Below are positions 36,801 through 51,800 of a stretch of DNA of 64,000 bases, piece after piece; position 1 is the stretch's first letter, and each line of letters starts with the position of its first letter. A program made the position numbers and the translations under genes. This DNA is from Thalia democratica (taxonomy: Eukaryota). The notes under the pieces were generated by a model. The model was not told the DNA's origin. It saw nothing but the letters and a program-made list of their open reading frames with translations, and made no database searches. The stretch covers positions 45,446,001 to 45,510,000 of the forward strand of contig OZ241828.1 in the NCBI GenBank assembly GCA_965202585.1, read 5' to 3'.

Positions 36801-39800
36801 CCTACGCTCCATTCGATGTCCACGGTGACTTCAAGGGAGGAGATAACTACGGCAAGGACGGCAAGCAAGGTATGATTGTTGTCGGAGGTGCCGATGTTGA
36901 CGGTAAGGCCTACGCTGACGGTGAAACCGGATACGGCAAGGGCATGTACTACGGTCAACCATCCGGAATGATGTGGCCAGGAATGGACGGAAAGATCCAC
37001 TCTGACGCTGACGTCAACGCTCTCACCGACGGAACCAAGATCATCTTCGGTGATGACAGCGACAAGGACAGCTCATACCCATACGGTACATTCAAGGCAA
37101 CTGGTGACGCTAAGGCTGCTTCAGACGCCGAAGCCTACGCTCCATTCGATGTCCACGGTGACTTCAAGGGAGGAGATAACTACGGCAAGGACGGCAAGCA
37201 AGGTATGATTGTTGTCGGAGGTGCCGATGTTGACGGTAAGGCCTACGCTGACGGTGAAACCGGATACGGCAAGGGCATGTACTACGGTCAACCATCCGGA
37301 ATGATGTGGCCAGGAATGGACGGAAAGATCCACTCTGACGCTGACGTCAACGCTCTCACCGACGGAACCAAGATCATCTTCGGTGATGACAGCGACAAGG
37401 ACGGCTCATACCCATACGGTACATTCAAGGCAACTGGTGACGCTAAGGCTGCTTCAGACGCCGAAGCCTACGCTCCATTCGATGTCCACGGTGACTTCAA
37501 GGGAGGAGATAACTACGGCAAGGACGGCAAGCAAGGTATGATTGTTATCGGAGGTGCCGATGTTGACGGTAAGGCCTACGCTGACGGTGAAACCGGATAC
37601 GGCAAGGGCATGTACTACGGTCAACCATCCGGAATGATGTGGCCAGGAATGGACGGAAAGATCCACTCTAACGCTGACGTCAACGCTCTCACCGACGGAA
37701 CCAAGATCATCTTCGGTGATGACAGCGACAAGGACGGCTCATACCCATACGGTACATTCAAGGCAACTGGTGACGCTAAGGCTGCTTCAGACGCCGAAGC
37801 CTACGCTCCATTCGATGTCCACGGTGACTTCAAGGGAGGAGATAACTACGGCAAGGACGGCAAGCAAGGTATGATTGTTGTCGGAGGTGCCGATGTTGAC
37901 GGTAAGGCCTACGCTGACGGTGAAACCGGATACGGCAAGGGCATGTACTACGGTCAACCATCCGGAATGATGTGGCCAGGAATGGACGGAAAGATCCACT
38001 CTGACGCTGACGTCAACGCTCTCACCGACGGAACCAAGATCATCTTCGGTGATGACAGCGACAAGGACGGCTCATACCCATACGGTACATTCAAGGCAAC
38101 TGGTGACGCTAAGGCTGCTTCAGACGCCGAAGCCTACGCTCCATTCGATGTCCACGGTGACTTCAAGGGAGGAGATAACTACGGCAAGGACGGCAAGCAA
38201 GGTATGATTGTTGTCGGAGGTGCCGATGTTGACGGTAAGGCCTACGCTGACGGTGAAACCGGATACGGCAAGGGCATGTACTACGGTCAACCATCCGGAA
38301 TGATGTGGCCAGGAATGGACGGAAAGATCCACTCTGACGCTGACGTCAACGCTCTCACCGACGGAACCAAGATCATCTTCGGTGATGACAGCGACAAGGA
38401 CGGCTCATACCCATACGGTACATTCAAGGCAACTGGTGACGCTAAAGCTGCTTCAGACGCCGAAGCCAACGCTCCATTCGATGTCCACGGTGACTTCAAG
38501 GGAGGAGATAACTACGGCAAGTACGGCAAGCAAGGTATGATTGTTGTCGGAGGTGCCGATGTTGACGGTAAGGCCTACGCTGACGGTGAAACCGGATACG
38601 GCAAGGGCATGTACTACGGTCAACCATCCGGAATGATGTGGCCAGGAATGGACGGAAAGATCCACTCTGACGCTGACGTCAACGCTCTCACCGACGGAAC
38701 CAAGATCATCTTCGGTGATGACAGCGACAAGGACGGCTCATACCCATACGGTACATTCAAGGCAACTGGTGACGCTAAGGCTGCTTCAGACGCCGAAGCC
38801 TACGCTCCATTCGATGTCCACGGTGACTTCAAGGGAGGAGATAACTACGGCAAGGACGGCAAGCAAGGTATGATTGTTGTCGGAGGTGCCGATGTTGACG
38901 GTAAGGCCTACGCTGACGGTGAAACCGGATACGGCAAGGGCATGTACTACGGTCAACCATCCGGAATGATGTGGCCAGGAATGGACGGAAAGATCCACTC
39001 TGACGCTGACGTCAACGCTCTCACCGACGGAACCAAGATCATCTTCGGTGATGACAGTGACAAGGACGGCTCATACCCATACGGTACATTCAAGGCAACT
39101 GGTGACGCTAAGGCTGCTTCAGACGCCGAAGCCTACGCTCCATTCGATGTCCACGGTGACTTCAAGGGAGGAGATAACTACGGCAAGGACGGCAAGCAAG
39201 GTATGATTGTTGTCGGAGGTGCCGATGTTGACGGTAAGGCCTACGCTGACGGTGAAACCGGATACGGCAAGGGCATGTACTACGGTCAACCATCCGGAAT
39301 GATGTGGCCAGGAATGGACGGAAAGATCCACTCTGACGCTGACGTCAACGCTCTCACCGACGGAACCAAGATCATCTTCGGTGATGACAGCGACAAGGAC
39401 GGCTCATACCCATACGGTACATTCAAGGCAACTGGTGACGCTAAGGCTGCTTCAGACGCCGAAGCCTACGCTCCATTCGATGTCCACGGTGACTTCAAGG
39501 GAGGAGATAACTACGGCAAGGACGGCAAGCAAGGTATGATTGTTGTCGGAGGTGCCGATGTTGACGGTAAGGCCTACGCTGACGGTGAAACCGGATACGG
39601 CAAGGGCATGTACTACGGTCAACCATCCGGAATGATGTGGCCAGGAATGGACGGAAAGATCCACTCTGACGCTGACGTCAACGCTCTCACCGACGGAACC
39701 AAGATCATCTTCGGTGATGACAGCGACAAGGACGGCTCATACCCATACGGTACATTCAAGGCAACTGGTGACGCTAAGGCTGCTTCAGACGCCGAAGCCT

Positions 39801-42800
39801 ACGCTCCATTCGATGTCCACGGTGACTTCAAGGGAGGAGATAACTACGGCAAGGACGGCAAGCAAGGTATGATTGTTGTCGGAGGTGCCGATGTTGACGG
39901 TAAGGCCTACGCTGACGGTGAAACCGGATACGGCAAGGGCATGTACTACGGTCAACCATCCGGAATGATGTGGCCAGGAATGGACGGAAAGATCCACTCT
40001 GACGCTGACGTCAACGCTCTCACCGACGGAACCAAGATCATCTTCGGTGATGACAGCGACAAGGACGGCTCATACCCATACGGTACATTCAAGGCAACTG
40101 GTGACGCTAAGGCTGCTTCAGACGCCGAAGCCTACGCTCCATTCGATGTCCACGGTGACTTCAAGGGAGGAGATAACTACGGCAAGGACGGCAAGCAAGG
40201 TATGATTGTTGTCGGAGGTGCCGATGTTGACGGTAAGGCCTACGCTGACGGTGAAACCGGATACGGCAAGGGCATGTACTACGGTCAACCATCCGGAATG
40301 ATGTGGCCAGGAATGGACGGAAAGATCCACTCTGACGCTGACGTCAACGCTCTCACCGACGGAACCAAGATCATCTTCGGTGATGACAGCGACAAGGACA
40401 GCGAATACCCATACGGTACATTCAAGGCAACTGGTGACGCTAAGGCTGCTTCAGACGCCGAAGCCTACGCTCCATTCGATGTCCACGGTGACTTCAAGGG
40501 AGGAGATAACTACGGCAAGGACGGCAAGCAAGGTATGATTGTTGTCGGAGGTGCCGATGTTGACGGTAAGGCCTACGCTGACGGTGAAACCGGATACGGC
40601 AAGGGCATGTACTACGGTCAACCATCCGGAATGATGTGGCCAGGAATGGACGGAAAGATCCACTCTGACGCTGACGTCAACGCTCTCACCGACGGAACCA
40701 AGATCATCTTCGGTGATGCCAGCGACAAGGACGGCGAATACCCATACGGTACATTCAAGGCAACTGGTGACGCTAAGGCTGCTTCAGACGCCGAAGCCTA
40801 CGCTCCATTCGATGTCCACGGCGACTTCAAGGGAGGAGATAACTACGGCAAGGACGGCAAGCAAGGTATGATTGTTGTCGGAGGTGCCGATGTTGACGGT
40901 AAGGCCTACGCTGACGGTGAAACCGGATACGGCAAGGGCATGTACTACGGTCAACCATCCGGCATGATGTGGCCAGGAATGGACGGAAAGATCCACTCTG
41001 ACGCTGACGTCAACGCTCTCACCGACGGAACCAAGATCATCTTCGGTGATGACAGCGACAAGGACGGCTCATACCCATACGGTACATTCAAGGCAACTGG
41101 TGACGCTAAGGCTGCTTCAGACGCCGAAGCCTACGCTCCATTCGATGTCCACGGTGACTTCAAGGGAGGAGATAACTACGGCAAGGACGGCAAGCAAGGT
41201 ATGATTGTTGTCGGAGGTGCCGATGTTGACGGTAAGGCCTACGCTGACGGTGAAACCGGATACGGCAAGGGCATCTACTACGGTCAACCATCCGGAATGA
41301 TGTGGCCAGGAATGGACGGAAAGATCCACTCTGACGCTGACGTCAACGCTCTCACCGACGGAACCAAGATCATCTTCGGTGATGACAGCGACAAGGACGG
41401 CGAATACCCATACGGTACATTCAAGGCAACTGGTGACGCTAAGGCTGCTTCAGACGCCGAAGCCTACGCTCCATTCGATGTCCACGGTGACTTCAAGGGA
41501 GGAGATAACTACGGCAAGGACGGCAAGCAAGGTATGATTGTTGTCGGAGGTGCCGATGTTGACGGTAAGGCCTACGCTGACGGTGAAACCGGATACGGCA
41601 AGGGCATGTACTACGGTCAACCATCCGGAATGATGTGGCCAGGAATGGACGGAAAGATCCACTCTGACGCTGACGTCAACGCTCTCACCGACGGAACCAA
41701 GATCATCTTCGGTGATGACGGCGACAAGGACGGCTCATACCCATACGGTACATTCAAGGCAACTGGTGACGCTAAGGCTGCTTCAGACGCCGAAGCCTAC
41801 GCTCCATTCGATGTCCACGGTGACTTCAAGGGAGGAGATAACTACGGCAAGGACGGCAAGCAAGGTATGATTGTTGTCGGAGGTGCCGATGTTGACGGTA
41901 AGGCCTACGCTGACGGTGAAACCGGATACGGCAAGGGCATGTACTACGGTCAACCATCCGGAATGATGTGGCCAGGAATGGACGGAAAGATCCACTCTGA
42001 CGCTGACGTCAACGCTCTCACCGACGGAACCAAGATCATCTTCGGTGATGACAGCGACAAGGACGGCGAATACCCATACGGTACATTCAAGGCAACTGGT
42101 GACGCTAAGGCTGCTTCAGACGCCGAAGCCTACGCTCCATTCGATGTCCACGGTGACTTCAAGGGAGGAGATAACTACGGCAAGGACGGCAAGCAAGGTA
42201 TGATTGTTGTCGGAGGTGCCGATGTTGACGGTAAGGCCTACGCTGACGGTGAAACCGGATACGGCAAGGGCATGTACTACGGTCAACCATCCGGAATGAT
42301 GTGGCCAGGAATGGACGGAAAGATCCACTCTGACGCTGACGTCAACGCTCTCACCGACGGAACCAAGATCATCTTCGGTGATGACAGCGACAAGGACGGC
42401 GAATACCCATACGGTACATTCAAGGCAACTGGTGACGCTAAGGCTGCTTCAGACGCCGAAGCCTACGCTCCATTCGATGTCCACGGTGACTTCAAGGGAG
42501 GAGATAACTACGGCAAGGACGGCAAGCAAGGTATGATTGTTGTCGGAGGTGCCGATGTTGACGGTAAGGCCTACGCTGACGGTGAAACCGGATACGGCAA
42601 GGGCATGTACTACGGTCAACCATCCGGAATGATGTGGCCAGGAATGGACGGAAAGATCCACTCTGACGCTGACGTCAACGCTCTCACCGACGGAACCAAG
42701 ATCATCTTCGGTGATGACAGCGACAAGGACGGCTCATACCCATACGGTACATTCAAGGCAACTGGTGACGCTAAGGCTGCTTCAGACGCCGAAGCCTACG

Positions 42801-45800
42801 CTCCATTCGATGTCCACGGTGACTTCAAGGGAGGAGATAACTACGGCAAGGACGGCAAGCAAGGTATGATTGTTGTCGGAGGTGCCGATGTTGACGGTAA
42901 GGCCTACGCTGACGGTGAAACCGGATACGGCAAGGGCATGTACTACGGTCAACCATCCGGAATGATGTGGCCAGGAATGGACGGAAAGATCCACTCTGAC
43001 GCTGACGTCAACGCTCTCACCGACGGAACCAAGATCATCTTCGGTGATGACGGCGACAAGGACGGCTCATACCCATACGGTACATTCAAGGCAACTGGTG
43101 ACGCTAAGGCTGCTTCAGACGCCGAAGCCTACGCTCCATTCGATGTCCACGGTGACTTCAAGGGAGGAGATAACTACGGCAAGGACGGCAAGCAAGGTAT
43201 GATTGTTGTCGGAGGTGCCGATGTTGACGGTAAGGCCTACGCTGACGGTGAAACCGGATACGGCAAGGGCATGTACTACGGTCAACCATCCGGAATGATG
43301 TGGCCAGGAATGGACGGAAAGATCCACTCTGACGCTGACGTCAACGCTCTCACCGACGGAACCAAGATCATCTTCGGTGATGACAGCGACAAGGACAGCG
43401 AATACCCATACGGTACATTCAAGGCAACTGGTGACGCTAAGGCTGCTTCAGACGCCGCAGCCTACGCTCCATTCGATGTCCACGGTGACTTCAAGGGAGG
43501 AGATAACTACGGCAAGGACGGCAAGCAAGGTATGATTGTTGTCGGAGGTGCCGATGTTGACGGTAAGGCCTACGCTGACGGTGAAACCGGATACGGCAAG
43601 GGCATGTACTACGGTCAACCATCCGGAATGATGTGGCCAGGAATGGACGGAAAGATCCACTCTGACGCTGACGTCAACGCTCTCACCGACGGAACCAAGA
43701 TCATCTTCGGTGATGACGGCGACAAGGACGGCTCATACCCATACGGTACATTCAAGGCAACTGGTGACGCTAAGGCTGCTTCAGACGCCGAAGCCTACGC
43801 TCCATTCGATGTCCACGGTGACTTCAAGGGAGGAGATAACTACGGCAAGGACGGCAAGCAAGGTATGATTGTTGTCGGAGGTGCCGATGTTGACGGTAAG
43901 GCCTACGCTGACGGTGAAACCGGATACGGCAAGGGCATGTACTACGGTCAACCATCCGGAATGATGTGGCCAGGAATGGACGGAAAGATCCACTCTGACG
44001 CTGACGTCAACGCTCTCACCGACGGAAACAAGATCATCTTCGGTGATGACGGCGACAAGGACGGCTCATACCCATACAGTACATTCAAGGCAACTGGTGA
44101 CGCTAAGGCTGCTTCAGACGCCGAAGCCTACGCTCCATTCGATGTCCACGGTGACTTCAAGGGAGGAGATAACTACGGCAAGGACGGCAAGCAAGGTATG
44201 ATTGTTGTCGGAGGTGCCGATGTTGACGGTAAGGCCTACGCTGACGGTGAAACCGGATACGGCAAGGGCATGTACTACGGTCAACCATCCGGAATGATGT
44301 GGCCAGGAATGGACGGAAAGATCCACTCTGACGCTGACGTCAACGCTCTCACCGACGGAACCAAGATCATCTTCGGTGATGACGGCGACAAGGACGGCTC
44401 ATACCCATACGGTACATTCAAGGCAACTGGTGACGCTAAGGCTGCTTCAGACGCCGAAGCCTACGCTCCATTCGATGTCCACGGTGACTTCAAGGGAGGA
44501 GATAACTACGGCAAGGACGGCAAGCAAGGTATGATTGTTGTCGGAGGTGCCGATGTTGACGGTAAGGCCTACGCTGACGGTGAAACCGGATACGGCAAGG
44601 GCATGTACTACGGTCAACCATCCGGCATGATGTGGCCAGGAATGGACGGAAAAATCCACTCTGACGCTGACGTCAACGCTCTCACCGACGGAACCAAGAT
44701 CATCTTCGGTGATGACAGCGACAAGGACGGCTCATACCCATACGGTACATTCAAGGCAACTGGTGACGCTAAGGCTGCTTCAGACGCCGAAGCCTACGCT
44801 CCATTCGATGTCCACGGTGACTTCAAGGGAGGAGATAACTACGGCAAGGACGGCAAGCAAGGTATGATTGTTGTCGGAGGTGCCGATGTTGACGGTAAGG
44901 CCTACGCTGACGGTGAAACCGGATACGGCAAGGGCATGTACTACGGTCAACCATCCGGAATGATGTGGCCAGGAATGGACGGAAAGATCCACTCTGACGC
45001 TGACGTCAACGCTCTCACCGACGGAACCAAGATCATCTTCGGTGATGACAGCGACAAGGACAGCGAATACCCATACGGTACATTCAAGGCAACTGGTGAC
45101 GCTAAGGCTGCTTCAGACGCCGCAGCCTACGCTCCATTCGATGTCCACGGTGACTTCAAGGGAGGAGATAACTACGGCAAGGACGGCAAGCAAGGTATGA
45201 TTGTTGTCGGAGGTGCCGATGTTGACGGTAAGGCCTACGCTGACGGTGAAACCGGATACGGCAAGGGCATGTACTACGGTCAACCATCCGGAATGATGTG
45301 GCCAGGAATGGACGGAAAGATCCACTCTGACGCTGACGTCAACGCTCTCACCGACGGAACCAAGATCATCTTCGGTGATGACAGCGACAAGGACGGCTCA
45401 TACCCATACGGTACATTCAAGGCAACTGGTGACGCTAAGGCTGCTTCAGACGCCGAAGCCTACGCTCCATTCGATGTCCACGGTGACTTCAAGGGAGGAG
45501 ATAACTACGGCAAGGACGGCAAGCAAGGTATGATTGTTGTCGGAGGTGCCGATGTTGACGGTAAGGCCTACGCTGACGGTGAAACCGGATACGGCAAGGG
45601 CATGTACTACGGTCAACCATCCGGAATGATGTGGCCAGGAATGGACGGAAAGATCCACTCTGACGCTGACGTCAACGCTCTCACCGACGGAACCAAGATC
45701 ATCTTCGGTGATGACGGCGACAAGGACGGCTCATACCCATACGGTACATTCAAGGCAACTGGTGACGCTAAGGCTGCTTCAGACGCCGAAGCCTACGCTC

Positions 45801-48800
45801 CATTCGATGTCCACGGTGACTTCAAGGGAGGAGATAACTACGGCAAGGACGGCAAGCAAGGTATGATTGTTGTCGGAGGTGCCGATGTTGACGGTAAGGC
45901 CTACGCTGACGGTGAAACCGGATACGGCAAGGGCATGTACTACGGTCAACCATCCGGCATGATGTGGCCAGGAATGGACGGAAAAATCCACTCTGACGCT
46001 GACGTCAACGCTCTCACCGACGGAACCAAGATCATATTCGGTGATGACAGCGACAAGGACGGCTCATACCCATACGGTACATTCAAGGCAACTGGTGACG
46101 CTAAGGCTGCTTCAGACGCCGAAGCCTACGCTCCATTCGATGTCCACGGTGACTTCAAGGGAGGAGATAACTACGGCAAGGACGGCAAGCAAGGTATGAT
46201 TGTTGTCGGAGGTGCCGATGTTAACGGTAAAGCCTACGCTGACGGTGAAACCGGATACGGCAAGGGCATGTACTACGGTCAACCATCCGGAATGATGTGG
46301 CCAGGAATGGACGGAAAGATCCACTCTGACGCTGACGTCAACGCTCTCACCGACGGAACCAAGATCATCTTCGGTGATGACAGCGACAAGGACGGCTCGT
46401 ACCCATACGGTACATTCAAGGCAACTGGTGACGCTAAGGCTGCTTCAGACGCCGAAGCCTACGCTCCATTCGATGTCCACGGTGACTTCAAGGGAGGAGA
46501 TAACTACGGCAAGGACGGCAAGCAAGGTATGATTGTTGTCGGAGGTGCCGATGTTGACGGTAAGGCCTACGCTGACGGTGAAACCGGATACGGCAAGGGC
46601 ATGTACTACGGTCAACCATCCGGAATGATGTGGCCAGGAATGGACGGAAAGATCCACTCTGACGCTGACGTCAACGCTCTCACCGACGGAACCAAGATCA
46701 TCTTCGGTGATGACAGCGACAAGGACGGCGAATACCCATACGGTACATTCAAGGCAACTGGTGACGCTAAGGCTGCTTCAGACGCCGAAGCCTACGCTCC
46801 ATTCGATGTCCACGGTGACTTCAAGGGAGGAGACTACTACGGCAAGGACGGCAAGCAAGGTATGATTGTTGTCGGAGGTGCCGATGTTGACGGTAAGGCC
46901 TACGCTGACGGTGAAACCGGATACGGCAAGGGCATGTACTACGGTCAACCATCCGGCATGATGTGGCCAGGAATGGACGGAAAAATCCACTCTGACGCTG
47001 ACGTCAACGCTCTCACCGACGGAACCAAGATCATCTTCGGTGATGACAGCGACAAGGACGGCTCATACCCATACGGTACATTCAAGGCAACTGGTGACGC
47101 TAAGGCTGCTTCAGACGCCGAAGCCTACGCTCCATTCGATGCCCACGGTGACTTCAAGGGAGGAGACTACTACGGCAAGGACGGCAAGCAAGGTATGATT
47201 GTTGTCGGAGGTGCCGATGTTGACGGTAAGGCCTACGCTGACGGTGAAACCGGATACGGCAAGGGCATGTACTACGGTCAACCATCCGGAATGATGTGGC
47301 CAGGAATGGACGGAAAGATCCACTCTGACGCTGACGTCAACGCTCTCACCGACGGAACCAAGATCATCTTCGGTGATGACAGCGACAAGGACGGCTCATA
47401 CCCATACGGTACATTCAAGGCAACTGGTGACGCTAAGGCTGCTTCAGACGCCGAAGCCTACGCTCCATTCGATGTCCACGGTGACTTCAAGGGAGGAGAT
47501 AACTACGGCAAGGACGGCAAGCAAGGTATGATTGTTGTCGGAGGTGCCGATGTTGACGGTAAGGCCTACGCTGACGGTGAAACCGGATACGGCAAGGGCA
47601 TGTACTACGGTCAACCATCCGGAATGATGTGGCCAGGAATGGACGGAAAGATCCACTCTGACGCTGACGTCAACGCTCTCACCGACGGAACCAAGATCAT
47701 CTTCGGTGATGACAGCGACAAGGACGGCTCATACCCATACGGTACATTCAAGGCAACTGGTGACGCTAAGGCTGCTTCAGACGCCGAAGCCTACGCTCCA
47801 TTCGATGTCCACGGTGACTTCAAGGGAGGAGATAACTACGGCAAGGACGGCAAGCAAGGTATGATTGTTGTCGGAGGTGCCGATGTTGACGGTAAGGCCT
47901 ACGCTGACGGTGAAACCGGATACGGCAAGGGCATGTACTACGGTCAACCATCCGGAATGATGTGGCCAGGAATGGACGGAAAGATCCACTCTGACGCTGA
48001 CGTCAACGCTCTCACCGACGGAACCAAGATCATCTTCGGTGATGACAGCGACAAGGACGGCTCATACCCATACGGTACATTCAAGGCAACTGGTGACGCT
48101 AAGGCTGCTTCAGACGCCGAAGCCTACGCTCCATTCGATGTCCACGGTGACTTCAAGGGAGGAGATAACTACGGCAAGGACGGCAAGCAAGGTATGATTG
48201 TTGTCGGAGGTGCCGATGTTGACGGTAAGGCCTACGCTGACGGTGAAACCGGATACGGCAAGGGCATGTACTACGGTCAACCATCCGGAATGATGTGGCC
48301 AGGAATGGACGGAAAGATCCACTCTGACGCTGACGTCAACGCTCTCACCGACGGAACCAAGATCATCTTCGGTGATGACGGCGACAAGGACGGCTCATAC
48401 CCATACGGTACATTCAAGGCAACTGGTGACGCTAAGGCTGCTTCAGACGCCGAAGCCTACGCTCCATTCGATGTCCACGGTGACTTCAAGGGAGGAGATA
48501 ACTACGGCAAGGACGGCAAGCAAGGTATGATTGTTGTCGGAGGTGCCGATGTTGACGGTAAGGCCTACGCTGACGGTGAAACCGGATACGGCAAGGGCAT
48601 GTACTACGGTCAACCATCCGGCATGATGTGGCCAGGAATGGACGGAAAAATCCACTCTGACGCTGACGTCAACGCTCTCACCGACGGAACCAAGATCATC
48701 TTCGGTGATGACAGCGACAAGGACGGCTCATACCCATACGGTACATTCAAGGCAACTGGTGACGCTAAGGCTGCTTCAGACGCCGAAGCCTACGCTCCAT

Positions 48801-51800
48801 TCGATGTCCACGGTGACTTCAAGGGAGGAGATAACTACGGCAAGGACGGCAAGCAAGGTATGATTGTTGTCGGAGGTGCCGATGTTGACGGTAAGGCCTA
48901 CGCTGACGGTGAAACCGGATACGGCAAGGGCATGTACTACGGTCAACCATCCGGAATGATGTGGCCAGGAATGGACGGAAAGATCCACTCTGACGCTGAC
49001 GTCAACGCTCTCACCGACGGAACCAAGATCATCTTCGGTGATGACAGCGACAAGGACAGCGAATACCCATACGGTACATTCAAGGCAACTGGTGACGCTA
49101 AGGCTGCTTCAGACGCCGCAGCCTACGCTCCATTCGATGTCCACGGTGACTTCAAGGGAGGAGATAACTACGGCAAGGACGGCAAGCAAGGTATGATTGT
49201 TGTCGGAGGTGCCGATGTTGACGGTAAGGCCTACGCTGACGGTGAAACCGGATACGGCAAGGGCATGTACTACGGTCAACCATCCGGAATGATGTGGCCA
49301 GGAATGGACGGAAAGATCCACTCTGACGCTGACGTCAACGCTCTCACCGACGGAACCAAGATCATCTTCGGTGATGACAGCGACAAGGACGGCGAATACC
49401 CATACGGTACATTCAAGGCAACTGGTGACGCTAAGGCTGCTTCAGACGCCGAAGCCTACGCTCCATTCGATGTCCACGGTGACTTCAAGGGAGGAGATAA
49501 CTACGGCAAGGACGGCAAGCAAGGTATGATTGTTGTCGGAGGTGCCGATGTTGACGGTAAGGCCTACGCTGACGGTGAAACCGGATACGGCAAGGGCATG
49601 TACTACGGTCAACCATCCGGAATGATGTGGCCAGGAATGGACGGAAAGATCCACTCTGACGCTGACGTCAACGCTCTCACCGACGGAACCAAGATCATCT
49701 TCGGTGATGACGGCGACAAGGACGGCTCATACCCATACGGTACATTCAAGGCAACTGGTGACGCTAAGGCTGCTTCAGACGCCGAAGCCTACGCTCCATT
49801 CGATGTCCACGGTGACTTCAAGGGAGGAGATAACTACGGCAAGGACGGCAAGCAAGGTATGATTGTTGTCGGAGGTGCCGATGTTGACGGTAAGGCCTAC
49901 GCTGACGGTGAAACCGGATACGGCAAGGGCATGTACTACGGTCAACCATCCGGAATGATGTGGCCAGGAATGGACGGAAAGATCCACTCTGACGCTGACG
50001 TCAACGCTCTCACCGACGGAACCAAGATCATCTTCGGTGATGACAGCGACAAGGACGGCTCATACCCATACGGTACATTCAAGGCAACTGGTGACGCTAA
50101 GGCTGCTTCAGACGCCGAAGCCTACGCTCCATTCGATGTCCACGGTGACTTCAAGGGAGGAGATAACTACGGCAAGGACGGCAAGCAAGGTATGATTGTT
50201 GTCGGAGGTGCCGATGTTGACGGTAAGGCCTACGCTGACGGTGAAACCGGATACGGCAAGGGCATGTACTACGGTCAACCATCCGGAATGATGTGGCCAG
50301 GAATGGACGGAAAGATCCACTCTGACGCTGACGTCAACGCTCTCACCGACGGAACCAAGATCATCTTCGGTGATGACGGCGACAAGGACGGCTCATACCC
50401 ATACGGTACATTCAAGGCAACTGGTGACGCTAAGGCTGCTTCAGACGCCGAAGCCTACGCTCCATTCGATGTCCACGGTGACTTCAAGGGAGGAGATAAC
50501 TACGGCAAGGACGGCAAGCAAGGTATGATTGTTGTCGGAGGTGCCGATGTTGACGGTAAGGCCTACGCTGACGGTGAAACCGGATACGGCAAGGGCATGT
50601 ACTACGGTCAACCATCCGGAATGATGTGGCCAGGAATGGACGGAAAGATCCACTCTGACGCTGACGTCAACGCTCTCACCGACGGAACCAAGATCATCTT
50701 CGGTGATGACAGCGACAAGGACGGCTCATACCCATACGGTACATTCAAGGCAACTGGTGACGCTAAGGCTGCTTCAGACGCCGAAGCCTACGCTCCATTC
50801 GATGTCCACGGTGACTTCAAGGGAGGAAATAACTACGGCAAGGACGGCAAGCAAGGTATGATTGTTGTCGGAGGTGCCGATGTTGACGGTAAGGCCTACG
50901 CTGACGGTGAAACCGGATACGGCAAGGGCATGTACTACGCTCAACCATCCGGAATGATGTGGCCAGGAATGGACGGAAAGATCCACTCTGACGCTGACGT
51001 CAACGCTCTCACCGACGGAACCAAGATCATCTTCGGTGATGACGGCGACAAGGACGGCTCATACCCATACGGTACATTCAAGGCAACTGGTGACGCTAAG
51101 GCTGCTTCAGACGCCGAAGCCTACGCTCCATTCGATGTCCACGGTGACTTCAAGGGAGGAGATAACTACGGCAAGGACGGCAAGCAAGGTATGATTGTTG
51201 TCGGAGGTGCCGATGTTGACGGTAAGGCCTACGCTGACGGTGAAACCGGATACGGCAAGGGCATGTACTACGGTCAACCATCCGGAATGATGTGGCCAGG
51301 AATGGACGGAAAGATCCACTCTGACGCTGACGTCAACGCTCTCACCGACGGAACCAAGATCATCTTCGGTGATGACAGCGACAAGGACGGCGAATACCCA
51401 TACGGTACATTCAAGGCAACTGGTGACGCTAAGGCTGCTTCAGACGCCGAAGCCTACGCTCCATTCGATGTCCACGGTGACTTCAAGGGAGGAGACTACT
51501 ACGGCAAGGACGGCAAGCAAGGTATGATTGTTGTCGGAGGTGCCGATGTTGACGGTAAGGCCTACGCTGACGGTGAAACCGGATACGGCAAGGGCATGTA
51601 CTACGATCAACCATCCGGCATGATGTGGCGAGGAATGGACGGAAAAATCCACTCTGACGCTGACGTCAACGCTCTCACCGACGGAACCAAGATCATCTTC
51701 GGTGATGACAGCGACAAGGACGGCTCATACCCATACGGTACATTCAAGGCAACTGGTGACGCTAAGGCTGCTTCAGACGCCGAAGCCTACGCTCCATTCG

